From an uncultured Syntrophales bacterium (GTDB taxonomy: Bacteria > Desulfobacterota > Syntrophia > Syntrophales > Smithellaceae), in the NCBI GenBank assembly GCA_964470015.1, contig CAYYBK010000001.1:1-42933 (forward strand): a stretch of 42,933 bases of DNA. Reading direction: 5' to 3'. The number at the start of each line of letters is the position of its first letter. Position 1 is the first letter of the stretch. The notes under the pieces were generated by a model. The model was not told the DNA's origin and did no database searches. It was given only the letters and a program-made list of their open reading frames with translations. The translations under genes were made by a program, and so were the position numbers. Of the stretch, positions 1 to 9,654 are shown piece after piece.

Positions 1-35
1 CAATAAAACCAGCCGCTTTAATGCTGATTCATCCG

Positions 36-809
36 TCAATCTGTCCACTTTATATTTTCTTCTGCCTGCTGTAGGGAACGACTGCGTCGCCTGAATATTT
101 CATATTGAATGATCCCTGCGGCAACAGCTACATTCAGAGAATCGAAACTGCGCCTAAGAGGTATTGATAATAAAAAGTCGCATTTCTTTTTTACCAGCGG
201 ACGGAGTCCTTTGGCTTCTCCGCCCAATACGAGGGCTACATGACAATTAAAATCCATTTCCCCCAGATTACCGCCTTCGTGGGCATCCGCACCGAAAACC
301 CAAAATGATTTTTCCTTCAGCTCTTCAATAACCTGCACTAAATTAGTTACTCTAGCGACAGGCAATTGCTGCGTACTGCCGGCGGATGCTTTCACCACCG
401 CCGCAGTAACGGGCGCTGCTCGATCGGCAGGGATTATAACGCCGTTTGCCCCCAGGCAATATGCAGTTCTGATTATCGATCCGAGATTTTGCGGATCCAT
501 GATACCGTCAAGGATCAGGATTAAATCGAAATCTGATGATTTATTGCGGTTTATCAGCAGCTGATCTAACTCAGAATAAGCAAAGACAGGACGTAAACCG
601 GCAATACCTTGGTGAGCATTGTTTCCGACCAACTCATCCAAATACTGCCTGGTTTTAAATTCTACAGGAATATTTCTTTGCCGCGTTATATTGATTATTT
701 CCTTTAAGGCTGATCCGCTCCTACCCGAAGCGATAATGATCCTTTCGAGTGCCACCTGCGGCTGCCGGAGAAGAACCTTAATCGGGTTTATGCCGTAAAT
801 TACATCCAT
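36..809 (-). CDS. rlmB: SpoU/TrmH-family rRNA 2'-O-ribose methyltransferase (RlmB-like)
   Basis: 257-aa ORF. The N-terminal segment IYGINPIKVLL resembles the RlmB substrate-binding domain. The C-terminal LVLGGEAKGLRP...SLNVAVAAGI matches the SpoU knot motifs. Confidence 0.8.
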   Translation of the reverse strand: MDVIYGINPIKVLLRQPQVALERIIIASGRSGSALKEIINITRQRNIPVEFKTRQYLDELVGNNAHQGIAGLRPVFAYSELDQLLINRNKSSDFDLILILDGIMDPQNLGSIIRTAYCLGANGVIIPADRAAPVTAAVVKASAGSTQQLPVARVTNLVQVIEELKEKSFWVFGADAHEGGNLGEMDFNCHVALVLGGEAKGLRPLVKKKCDFLLSIPLRRSFDSLNVAVAAGIIQYEIFRRRSRSLQQAEENIKWTD

Positions 810-834
810 CCCCTGTTCTCCCCCGTCTCAAATC

Positions 835-1584
835 TTACTCAGCGGCCATTCCTTCGGCAATTTCCTCTATAATCCGCCGGCAAGCCGCCAGCGGATCAGC
901 CGCGCTGCGGATTGGTCTGCCGACGACTATATAGTCGGCGCCGGCCCTTATTGCCTCCGCAGCACCGAGAGTTCTTTTCTGATCGTCTTTTGTCTTTTCC
1001 TGTGAACTGCGGATACCCGGTGTTACGATAATAAAATCGTTACCCAAATTGGAACGCAATTTAGTAATATCCTGCGCAGAGGCAACAACGCCGTCCGCAC
1101 CAGCCGCTTTCGTCAGACCCGCCAGATGCAAAACCTGATCTTGGGCGGTCTTTACAAAGCCTATTTCCTGTAAATCAGCGTCATTTAAGCTTGTCAAGAC
1201 GGTTACCGCCAAAATGATCGGTTTAGTCCGGTTGGTTCCTTCAGTCAGTATTTGCACGGCATTGACAGTTTCCCGAATCATCTTTCCGCCGCCGGACGCA
1301 TGCACATTGAACATATCAACGCCCAATTTTACGGCAGCTTCCGCGGCACGGGCAACAGTATTGGGAATATCGTGAAATTTAAGATCCAAAAATACCCGCT
1401 GATTCCGCTGCTTGATGCAATCGATTATTTTCGGCCCTACGGCTGTAAATAATTCTTTGCCGACCTTAAACATACCGACATGACCGGCAAGCATGTCAAT
1501 CCAGGAAAGCGCTTCGTCGTAGCTGCCGGCATCCAGCGCAAAGATTAGTTTACCGACGGCTTGCTTATTCAAGATATTCCTCAT
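835..1584 (-). CDS. pyrF: orotidine 5'-phosphate decarboxylase
   Basis: The ORF track starts at 1680, but conserved PyrF sequence begins at [18 protein letters not shown] (ATG at 1584). Motifs present: [12 protein letters not shown] (catalytic DxKxxD) and [11 protein letters not shown]. The chosen start overlaps the rpoZ end by 20 nt. Confidence 0.85.
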   Translation of the reverse strand: MRNILNKQAVGKLIFALDAGSYDEALSWIDMLAGHVGMFKVGKELFTAVGPKIIDCIKQRNQRVFLDLKFHDIPNTVARAAEAAVKLGVDMFNVHASGGGKMIRETVNAVQILTEGTNRTKPIILAVTVLTSLNDADLQEIGFVKTAQDQVLHLAGLTKAAGADGVVASAQDITKLRSNLGNDFIIVTPGIRSSQEKTKDDQKRTLGAAEAIRAGADYIVVGRPIRSAADPLAACRRIIEEIAEGMAAE

Positions 1585-1834
1585 CACCGATAAATTCCGT
1601 ATTATCAGGTATCGGTTTGAAATCCTCCTTCGTCCCTTCCAGATACTCGGGATGGGCATAGGCGACCTTACCCGCAGCAATTTCCCGCAATGCCAGTACT
1701 ACTTCCCTGTTTTTGCTGTCCACCAAAGGCTTCGCACCCTTCAATAAAAGGCGCGCCCTTTTTGATGCCAGGGATACCAAACCAAACCTTGTTTTAGCCT
1801 CAAGTAAAGAATCTTCTACTGTAATTCTAGCCAT
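1565..1834 (-). CDS. rpoZ: DNA-directed RNA polymerase subunit omega
   Basis: 89 aa. [11 protein letters not shown]...[15 protein letters not shown] is the typical RpoZ N-terminus, and the gene sits in the conserved gmk-rpoZ neighbourhood. Confidence 0.85.
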   Translation of the reverse strand: MARITVEDSLLEAKTRFGLVSLASKRARLLLKGAKPLVDSKNREVVLALREIAAGKVAYAHPEYLEGTKEDFKPIPDNTEFIGDEEYLE

Positions 1835-1865
1835 GTATTCAGAACCTCCTTGCCATTACTCTTAA

Positions 1866-2477
1866 TTATTTTTTCATAAATTGTTTTATCTTGGTTTGTA
1901 ACCTTTTTCGTTTACATTTTTCCGCAACATAGATCGAAACCAGCTGGCTGGCAGCAGTTTTCAGATCATCATTGAAGATTACATAATCGTACCATGAAAT
2001 CTCTTTCAGTTCACGTTCCGCCTGCGCATAGCGAGCATGGATCACGTCATTGTTTTCATGACCGCGTCCTTCCAAACGCTTGAGAAGATCTGCTCGTGTA
2101 GGGGGGAGAACAAACACAAATATACCTCCGCGGAATTTCTGTTTAATTTTTTTTGCACCGCGCGGTTCAATATCCAGTAGAAGATTTTTTCCCCTTGCAA
2201 GGGATTCTTGCATTATCTGCAGAGATGTACCATATAAATTACCGTAATTTTCCTCCCATTCCACAAACTCACCCCGGCCAATGCGTTCGTGAAACTCTTC
2301 CCGGGAAATAAAAAAATAATCTTTCCCGTCCACTTCCCCGGGCCGCGGCAACCTTGTGGTATAAGAAACCGAAAATTTGATTTCCGGGCACGCCCGCAAA
2401 AGAAACTGACAGATACTGCTCTTCCCCGCACCGGACGGTGCCGAAACGACTATAAACGTTCCTCCAGCCATAATCAC
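1866..2477 (-). CDS. gmk: guanylate kinase
   Basis: P-loop SAPSGAGKSS and the signature YTTRLPRPGEVDGKDYFF. The start forms an ATGA overlap with the upstream yicC stop. Confidence 0.9.
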   Translation of the reverse strand: MIMAGGTFIVVSAPSGAGKSSICQFLLRACPEIKFSVSYTTRLPRPGEVDGKDYFFISREEFHERIGRGEFVEWEENYGNLYGTSLQIMQESLARGKNLLLDIEPRGAKKIKQKFRGGIFVFVLPPTRADLLKRLEGRGHENNDVIHARYAQAERELKEISWYDYVIFNDDLKTAASQLVSIYVAEKCKRKRLQTKIKQFMKK

Positions 2478-3352
2478 TCTATATTTTGCGCCTGTTCGCG
2501 TAACTTGCTTAATTCGCTTTTGGCTTCAATAACAAGCCTGGCTATTTCCGCATCGCTGCTTTTCGATCCCATTGTATTTACTTCCCGGTTCATTTCCTGG
2601 AGGAGAAAATCAATTTTTTTCCCTTCAGCCTCCGTGCTTTGCAGCAGGGAAACAAACTGGCCGATATGACTGTACATCCGCACTATTTCTTCGGTGATAT
2701 CGCTTTTTTCCGCCAGGATTGCCGCCTCCTGAACCAATCGGGAATCGTCCAAGGCACAACCGGATGCCAATTCCTTTATTCTCTCGGTCAAGCGTCTTTG
2801 ATATTCAACCACCGTTTGCGGCGCACGGGCATTTATCGCCGCCAAAATACCTCTGATTGCATCCAGCCGCTGTTCCATATCATGATAAATAGCAGCGCCT
2901 TCCTCCGTTCTCATCTTAACAAGCATATCCAATGCCTGCCCTAAGGAAACGATCGTTTGCCTTAAAACATCCGGGCTGATTTCGGTTTCGGCGGGTTGAG
3001 AAAAAATATCTCGAAAAGAAGCTAATGTTTTCAGTCCGATTTCCTCTTGCAATCCAAACTCGTTTTTCAAGCGCTGTAGCGCTGCGAAATAAATCCGGGC
3101 TACTTCCATGTTCAAAATTGTTTCCGGAGAATTAACGGCACCCGCTTCCAGCCGGATAAAAACTTCAATTCTCCCCCTTTTAATTTTTTCGCTGATTTTT
3201 TTCCTCAACTCCAATTCCTGTAAGGAAAGCAATTGCGGCACACGCAGAGAGATTTCCAGGAAGCGGTGATTTACGGACTTGACTTCCACAACAATATTTC
3301 TGCCCTGCTCCGCGGTTTCCACCCGGCCATAACCTGTCATGCTTTTGATCAT
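2474..3352 (-). CDS. yicC: YicC-family stress-induced protein (endoribonuclease YicC-like)
   Basis: 292 aa with the N-terminal MTGYGR hallmark and the C-terminal QEMNREVNTMGSKS (DUF1732) motif. Confidence 0.8.
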   Translation of the reverse strand: MIKSMTGYGRVETAEQGRNIVVEVKSVNHRFLEISLRVPQLLSLQELELRKKISEKIKRGRIEVFIRLEAGAVNSPETILNMEVARIYFAALQRLKNEFGLQEEIGLKTLASFRDIFSQPAETEISPDVLRQTIVSLGQALDMLVKMRTEEGAAIYHDMEQRLDAIRGILAAINARAPQTVVEYQRRLTERIKELASGCALDDSRLVQEAAILAEKSDITEEIVRMYSHIGQFVSLLQSTEAEGKKIDFLLQEMNREVNTMGSKSSDAEIARLVIEAKSELSKLREQAQNIE

Positions 3353-3394
3353 TTAAACACCCGTCCGTCCTTATATAACCGGCATCGACAGTTT

Positions 3395-3928
3395 TCACTG
3401 TCTGACTGCTTTTAATTGCAGCAAATATCTTGCCCTTATTTTACCAAACATTAAGATCTGTTTTTCATCCGCATAATCCGGATACGTCCATGGCAGGGGG
3501 CAAAATTTACCGGCCTGATAGATTAACGTCAAATCGGCATAAATACCGTCACGCAAATAAGGCCGGTGTGCGTATCCCTTGCCGGTAGCCAGTATCAGAT
3601 GAGACTTTGAGATATAGCCCGGATCAACATTTACCAGCCGACACCCTGCCGCCATAAATTCCTTTTCCAGATCATTGGCGGCAAGCTTCACATCCGGCAG
3701 ATCATCAGGTTTCAGCAACTCCTCGGCGGACATAAAACGCCGGACAAGATTTGAGCCCATTTCCGCGCCGTAATAACCCGTATAATCAAAGGGCATTTCA
3801 GCGCTGACAAAATCGAGCCGGCCGTATCGCTCCACCAAAAGTGCAATAGTTTCATTTATTTTTGCACTTGCTGTTGCAAAAACACTGAATATTAATTTTA
3901 CCGGCTCCGCCGGAATCGGTTTGCTCAT
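3395..3928 (-). CDS. DUF4416-like protein of unknown function
   Basis: The conserved-looking core starts at MSKPIPAEPVKLIFSVF, and the ATG at 3928 forms an ATGA overlap with the upstream kinase stop. The 28-codon extension in the ORF track overlaps that gene and is probably spurious. Family assignment is from memory. Confidence 0.5.
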   Translation of the reverse strand: MSKPIPAEPVKLIFSVFATASAKINETIALLVERYGRLDFVSAEMPFDYTGYYGAEMGSNLVRRFMSAEELLKPDDLPDVKLAANDLEKEFMAAGCRLVNVDPGYISKSHLILATGKGYAHRPYLRDGIYADLTLIYQAGKFCPLPWTYPDYADEKQILMFGKIRARYLLQLKAVRQ

Positions 3929-4932
3929 AACGTTTGAATCAATTCCGTTTGCGAAACCGTTGCCGTTCCGACCTTTCCCACTACTATGCCCGCGGCCTGA
4001 TTCGCCAGGCAAGTGGCTTCTTTAAGGCTGGCTCGCGCCGCCAGGCCCAAGGCCAGCACGCCAATAACTGTATCTCCGGCGCCGGTGACATCGTAAATTT
4101 CCTTGGCTTGAGTCGAAAAGTGAGTATGGGTAATTTTTTTGCCGCGCTCAAAGAGGCTCATACCTTCCTCCCCACGCGTAATCAACAACGCCTGAAAGTT
4201 ATATTTCTTTAACAGCGCTTCCCCCACCTGCCGGATATCATTTCCGCTTGTTATTGGAATTCCGGCGGCGCGTTCGGCTTCATGATGATTGGGAGTAATT
4301 ATATAAGCACCAACATATATCGAGAAATCGTTTTGTTTCGGATCAAGACAAATATAGGTTTCGGAATCCTGTAAAATTTTTTTTACACCGGCAATTAAAT
4401 CTCTGGAAATCACGCCTTTGCTGTAGTCGGAGATTACTACCGCACCTATCTTATCGCGAAGCGATTTTATATATTCCAGTATTTTTTTAGTACTGGCCTG
4501 CGGAATCGCCCTTCTACTTTCTTTGTCGAAGCGAACCACCTGCTGGCCATGAGCAACAATCCTGGTTTTCAAAGTAGTCGGGCGCCCTTTTTCCACGACG
4601 ATACCGGCCGTATCTATTTTGCGCCGTCTTAGCTCTTCCAGCAGCAACTTCCCCATGTTATCAGTACCGACAACACCGGCGACATAAACCTTACCACCCA
4701 TAGCATAAATACTGTTGAGTACATTGGCGCATCCGCCGAGTAACAGACTATCCTTTTGCACATCCACAACGGGAACTGGTGCCTCGGGGGAAATACGGGA
4801 AACCTTACCCCAGATAAAATGATCTACCATAATATCTCCGACAACAAGAACTCCTGCCCCGGAGAAATTGTCTATGATTCCCAAAGCTTTTTTTTTCGTC
4901 AATATGCAAGGTGTCTTCATTAGATCAGCCAT
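3925..4932 (-). CDS. hldA: PfkB-family sugar kinase, D-glycero-beta-D-manno-heptose-7-phosphate kinase (RfaE/HldE domain I)-like
   Basis: 335 aa with a ribokinase-like fold. The C-terminal motif DVTGAGDTVIGVLALGLA is present and the overall layout is RfaE-I-like. Confidence 0.7.
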   Translation of the reverse strand: MADLMKTPCILTKKKALGIIDNFSGAGVLVVGDIMVDHFIWGKVSRISPEAPVPVVDVQKDSLLLGGCANVLNSIYAMGGKVYVAGVVGTDNMGKLLLEELRRRKIDTAGIVVEKGRPTTLKTRIVAHGQQVVRFDKESRRAIPQASTKKILEYIKSLRDKIGAVVISDYSKGVISRDLIAGVKKILQDSETYICLDPKQNDFSIYVGAYIITPNHHEAERAAGIPITSGNDIRQVGEALLKKYNFQALLITRGEEGMSLFERGKKITHTHFSTQAKEIYDVTGAGDTVIGVLALGLAARASLKEATCLANQAAGIVVGKVGTATVSQTELIQTL

Positions 4933-5100
4933 CAGATTATTTAATCCTAAAAATGAAAAAAGCGCCGACAGCGCTCAAAATGTAAAAAAGCGGCACGATG
5001 TTATTATTTAGGATAATATTTGTCAAATATTTTCTATGTTTTCTCTGCCTTTATCCGAACGGCATTGGACTTTTCACACAGCCAATAAAAATATTCATCA

Positions 5101-5129
5101 TTGACTTCGTTTTCATTATAAAGTAATAA
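5101..5129 (+). promoter_or_regulatory. candidate sigma70 promoter for plsC
   Basis: TTGACT (5101-5106), a 17-nt spacer, then TAATAA (5124-5129), about 35 nt upstream of the plsC ATG. The region is AT-rich, so a chance match is possible. Confidence 0.3.
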
Positions 5130-5163
5130 TTTCTCAATAATTTTAGCGAAAGAGAAGAGTTAA

Positions 5164-5916
5164 ATGATTCGATCAGCTCTGCTTGTTACATTAGGTGTCG
5201 CCATTACCGCTTTTTTTTCTTTCTGGTCCGTAGTCTTCTCCATCATCCCCAATTCCGAAAACAGAATTCATAAAATCGCCAATCTCTGGGCCAAAGTATT
5301 GCTTCTTATCTCCAATACCAAAGTGGAAATTATCGGCAAAGAAAACATTCTGAGAAATAAACCGCAGATTTTTATGGCCAACCATCAAAGTGATTTTGAT
5401 ATTTTGATTGTTTTGGGTTATATCCCCGGCCAATTCAGGTGGATCGCCAAGAAAGAACTCTTTCACATTCCTATTTTCGGCGCCGCCATGAGAAATGCCG
5501 GATATATTGAAATCGACAGGCACGATCATGCCAAAGCGCTGCAAAGTCTGGACGAAGCTGCTATGCGCATCCGCGAAGGCAAATCGGTGATGTCTTTCCC
5601 CGAAGGGACAAGAAGTCCCGATGGGGAAATAAAAATGTTCAAACAGGGAGTATTCCATCTGGCCATCAAATCGGGCGTTCCTGTTGTTCCGGTATCAATT
5701 GTCGGAAGCGGGAAAATAATGCCCAAAAGATCACTGAAAGTAACACCGGGTAAAGTAAAACTTGTTATCGCCAAGCCGATTGATATAAGGAATTATACTT
5801 TGGAAAACCGTCATGAACTTATTGCGCATGTTAGGCAAATCATAATCAGAAACTATGACAGCTGGAAAGAGGCGGGCAGCGCCAATATAAAAGACAAGGA
5901 AAAGGATGCATGCTGA
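5164..5916 (+). CDS. plsC: 1-acyl-sn-glycerol-3-phosphate acyltransferase
   Basis: N-terminal TM helix plus the HX4D motif NHQSDFD and the FPEGTRS motif of LPLAT acyltransferases. Confidence 0.8.
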   Translation: MIRSALLVTLGVAITAFFSFWSVVFSIIPNSENRIHKIANLWAKVLLLISNTKVEIIGKENILRNKPQIFMANHQSDFDILIVLGYIPGQFRWIAKKELFHIPIFGAAMRNAGYIEIDRHDHAKALQSLDEAAMRIREGKSVMSFPEGTRSPDGEIKMFKQGVFHLAIKSGVPVVPVSIVGSGKIMPKRSLKVTPGKVKLVIAKPIDIRNYTLENRHELIAHVRQIIIRNYDSWKEAGSANIKDKEKDAC

Positions 5917-6000
5917 TTGCTCGGCGTGAATACCGGCAATACCCAGAGATTAATCGAATATTTCGTCATTACCTTCAATCATCCGTGACGATGGCAAGCA

Positions 6001-8217
6001 ATGGAAGAAAAACAAACTGAACACAAACGAATCCGGGAAATCAAGGCGGTAGTTTGCCTCGCTTTGGCTGTTTTTCTTCTTTTGAGCCTGATTTCCTACC
6101 ATCCCCAGGATTCATCCTTTACACATTTCGTTGCCGAGGGAAAGACTACTCATAACTTTACAGGAACAGCAGGCTCTTACAGCGCCGATTCCTTGATCCG
6201 TCTGCTGGGAATCGGATCGTTTATTTTACCGGTCATTTTTCTTATCTGTTCTTTTCAATATTTTTTCCGTCCGGAGTTTACAATCAGCAAAAGTAAATTT
6301 TTCGGTTTCATCTTCTTTACTTTTTCCTTTGCCGGCCTGACGGCGGCCACTATTCAAACCATCAATGTTCACAGCGAGGCACTAAAAGCAGGCGGGCTGA
6401 TCGGAGCAACAGCTGTTCAGCTCCTGCTGCAATATTTTAATATTGCCGGAACATATATTCTTTTGTCTCTGATTTTAATCGTATCACTAATTTTTCTTAT
6501 CGAATTTTCATTAGTCACGGTTGCCGGAAAATTTTCTCAGGGATTGCGCATATTTCTGCTGATGATCAAAAACAGGCTTTCCGCTCTTACTTCCTCCGCA
6601 TTCCACAAGATCAAAATCGAAAAAAATGCCCCGCTGGTTATGGAAGAGGAAACAACGGTTTTAAAAAAAGTAAAACCCAAGAAAATCGAACAGACCCATT
6701 TTGACTTCACCAAAGCCGACGGTAAATTTCAGTTACCTCCGTTTACCTTGCTGGAAGAAGCTCAGCACAAAGATATACGGATTAAGAGAGATCATCTCAT
6801 TACCAATTCCCGCATCCTGGAAAAGAAATTAGCCGATTTCGGAGTCGAAGGGCGTGTCGTCGAAGTAATGCCCGGACCGGTAATTACCATGTATGAACTG
6901 GAACCTGCACCCGGCGTGAAAATAAATAAAATAACCAATCTCGCCGATGATCTGGCGCTGGCCTTGATGGCACCGAGTATCCGCATTATGGCGCCCATTC
7001 CTGGAAAATCAGTAATCGGAATTGAAATACCCAACTTAAAGCGGGAGCAGGTTTTTCTGAAAGATGTGCTGGACAATGACGCCTTCACCAATTCATCGCT
7101 GCGGTTACCAATTGCTCTCGGCGTCGATTTCGTGGGCACTCCGGTAATCGCCGATTTAACAAAGATGCCCCATCTTTTGATTGCCGGAACTACCGGGTCC
7201 GGTAAAAGCGTCGCGTTGAACGCGATGATTTGCAGCATCATTTTTAAAGCCCGGCCTGACGACGTCAAGTTTCTCATGGTTGATCCCAAAAGGCTGGAGA
7301 TGTCTTCCTACGAAGGGATTCCGCATCTGATGCATCCGGTCGTCGTTGATCCGAAAAAGGCCTCGCAGGTATTGCACTGGACCGTCGAAGAAATGGAAAG
7401 GCGTTACCGGGTAATCAGCGACCTAGGTGTAAAAAGCATCGATGCTTACAACGAATCACTATTAAAAAATCCAAAAGGCAAAGCAGCAGCCCCAGAACAA
7501 ACGGCAGGTGGTGGCGCAGAGGATGCGGCAATTAGTAACCGGCAGACCGAACAAATAACGCACGTCCGAATGCCTTATATCGTGGTGATTATCGACGAAT
7601 TGGCCGATCTGATGATGGTGGCACCGCGTGATGTGGAAGAATCGCTGACCCGGCTAGCCCAGATGGCCCGTGCCGCCGGTATTCATCTGATCATTGCCAC
7701 TCAACGGCCGTCGGTTGACGTCATCACCGGTTTGATTAAAGCAAATTTCCCCACACGCATTTCGTTCCAGGTTTCGTCCAAGATTGATTCCCGGACGATT
7801 ATTGATCAGCCGGGTGCGGAACAACTCCTCGGCGCCGGAGATATGCTCTTCATTCCTCCGGGAACTTCCAAACTGTCACGCATTCACGGTGCCTACGTTT
7901 CCGATCAGGAAATATCGCGTATCGTTGATTTTATCAGAATACAGGCACCGCCCTCTTACGATTCCTCCATTGAAAAGTTCCAGTCCGAAGCAGGACAGGA
8001 CCGGCAGGAAGATGAAAATTATGACGAAAAATATGACGAAGCCGTGGCACTGGTCGGCGAACTCGGTCAGGCATCCATTTCATTAGTCCAGCGCTACATG
8101 AAAATAGGATATAACCGGGCGGCGCGAATGATCGAGCAGATGGAACGCGAAGGCATTGTCGGCCCTTCTGACGGTGTCAAACCAAGGAAAGTCCTGATTA
8201 GAAAGCTACCGCATTGA
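6001..8217 (+). CDS. ftsK: DNA translocase FtsK
   Basis: N-terminal multi-TM region, a linker, Walker A GTTGSGKS, Walker B IVVIIDELADLMM, and the C-terminal gamma winged-helix VQRYMKIGYNRAARMIEQME. Confidence 0.92.
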   Translation: MEEKQTEHKRIREIKAVVCLALAVFLLLSLISYHPQDSSFTHFVAEGKTTHNFTGTAGSYSADSLIRLLGIGSFILPVIFLICSFQYFFRPEFTISKSKFFGFIFFTFSFAGLTAATIQTINVHSEALKAGGLIGATAVQLLLQYFNIAGTYILLSLILIVSLIFLIEFSLVTVAGKFSQGLRIFLLMIKNRLSALTSSAFHKIKIEKNAPLVMEEETTVLKKVKPKKIEQTHFDFTKADGKFQLPPFTLLEEAQHKDIRIKRDHLITNSRILEKKLADFGVEGRVVEVMPGPVITMYELEPAPGVKINKITNLADDLALALMAPSIRIMAPIPGKSVIGIEIPNLKREQVFLKDVLDNDAFTNSSLRLPIALGVDFVGTPVIADLTKMPHLLIAGTTGSGKSVALNAMICSIIFKARPDDVKFLMVDPKRLEMSSYEGIPHLMHPVVVDPKKASQVLHWTVEEMERRYRVISDLGVKSIDAYNESLLKNPKGKAAAPEQTAGGGAEDAAISNRQTEQITHVRMPYIVVIIDELADLMMVAPRDVEESLTRLAQMARAAGIHLIIATQRPSVDVITGLIKANFPTRISFQVSSKIDSRTIIDQPGAEQLLGAGDMLFIPPGTSKLSRIHGAYVSDQEISRIVDFIRIQAPPSYDSSIEKFQSEAGQDRQEDENYDEKYDEAVALVGELGQASISLVQRYMKIGYNRAARMIEQMEREGIVGPSDGVKPRKVLIRKLPH

Positions 8218-9563
8218 AATTGTATAAAACTAAAGTTTACATCATCAGTTTAGGCTGCCCCAAAAACTTAATCGATTCAGAAGTTATGGCGGGACTGCTT
8301 AGTCAGGCCGGCATGGAATTGGTCAATAGTTCCGCTTCGGCGGACATCGTCATAATCAATACCTGCGCCTTCATTAATCCCGCTAAAGAAGAAGCGATTG
8401 AAGCAATCCTACAATTGGCCGCGGAAAAAAAAGAAAGAAAAAACCGATTGCATCTTATTGTTGCCGGCTGTCTGGCGCAGCGTTACGGCAAGGAACTTTT
8501 TGCCGCAATACCCGAAGTAGATTTATTTATGGGCACGGGTGAAGTAGCCAATGTCATCCGTAATATCAGGAGACTAACCGAAAGGAAACAGCAGCGCGCC
8601 TGCATAATAACCAAACCTGATTTTTTAATGACCTCCCGGCATGCCCGGGTTTTATCGTGTTCTGCGGCTAGCACTTATTTAAAAATTTCCGACGGCTGTT
8701 CCAACCGCTGTACCTATTGCGTAATTCCGACCATCCGGGGCAAGGCCCGCAGCCGCCCGCCGGCTGATATTCTGCGGGAGGCTGAATTACTTGCAAAAAG
8801 AGGCATTAAAGAAATTATTATTACCGGTCAGGATACCACTGCTTACGGCCGGGATCTGCCGCGGCGACCGCGGATTGGAAATTTATTAAATGATTTGGCC
8901 ATGATCGGCGGCATTAAATGGATCAGGCTTCTATACGCTCATCCTGCCCATCTGACTAAAGAAACGATGCGCGCCATCGCCGGCAGCGATAAAATCTGCC
9001 CATACATCGACCTGCCCGTTCAGCACATCGATGACACAATTTTAAAGGCAATGAACCGCAGGACAACCGCCGCCGAAATCAAAAAAACCATTGCCCTTGC
9101 CCGCGAAATGATCCCCGATCTTGCCCTGCGTACGTCACTTATCGTCGGGTTCCCCGGCGAGACACAAAAAAGATTCGACAGATTGCTCGATTTTATTGTT
9201 GAAACCAGGTTTGACCATCTTGGCGTTTTCCTCTATTCATGTGAAGAAGGGACGAAAGCGGCTCTTCTTAAATCGCGCATCGCGGAAGCGGAAAAAGAGC
9301 ACCGTCGCGATGTCATCATGAATGAACAGGCGTCAATCTCCGGCAGGATCAATCAGGGCTTCATCGGCGGATTGGAAGAAGTTCTCATCGAAAGAAAGAG
9401 CGAGCGCAGCGATTTTCCTTATACGGGAAGATGCCGCAGACAGGCACCGGAGATTGACGGCATAACCTATGTTCAAGGCAAAAAAATTATTCCGGGAGAA
9501 ATCGTTCGCTGTCGCATCATTGCGGCCGACGATTACGATTTTTTCGCCCGTAAGATTGATTGA
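8214..9563 (+). CDS. rimO: ribosomal protein S12 methylthiotransferase
   Basis: N-terminal UPF0004 segment SLGCPKNLIDSE, radical-SAM motif CSNRCTYC, and a C-terminal TRAM-like domain. The TTG start overlaps the ftsK stop. Confidence 0.85.
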   Translation: MKLYKTKVYIISLGCPKNLIDSEVMAGLLSQAGMELVNSSASADIVIINTCAFINPAKEEAIEAILQLAAEKKERKNRLHLIVAGCLAQRYGKELFAAIPEVDLFMGTGEVANVIRNIRRLTERKQQRACIITKPDFLMTSRHARVLSCSAASTYLKISDGCSNRCTYCVIPTIRGKARSRPPADILREAELLAKRGIKEIIITGQDTTAYGRDLPRRPRIGNLLNDLAMIGGIKWIRLLYAHPAHLTKETMRAIAGSDKICPYIDLPVQHIDDTILKAMNRRTTAAEIKKTIALAREMIPDLALRTSLIVGFPGETQKRFDRLLDFIVETRFDHLGVFLYSCEEGTKAALLKSRIAEAEKEHRRDVIMNEQASISGRINQGFIGGLEEVLIERKSERSDFPYTGRCRRQAPEIDGITYVQGKKIIPGEIVRCRIIAADDYDFFARKID

Positions 9564-9599
9564 AATTCGCCGACAAACGTCCGGCAGTTCAATTCCCGT

Positions 9600-9629
9600 T
9601 TGACAAGCACTATTGCTTTAAAATATAGT
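9600..9629 (+). promoter_or_regulatory. candidate sigma70 promoter for the polyprenyl synthase gene
   Basis: TTGACA (9600-9605), an 18-nt spacer, then TATAGT (9624-9629). A GGAG Shine-Dalgarno lies at 9643-9646, before the ATG at 9655. Confidence 0.35.
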
Positions 9630-9654
9630 TGCTACAATTTTATGGAGAAAAGAA

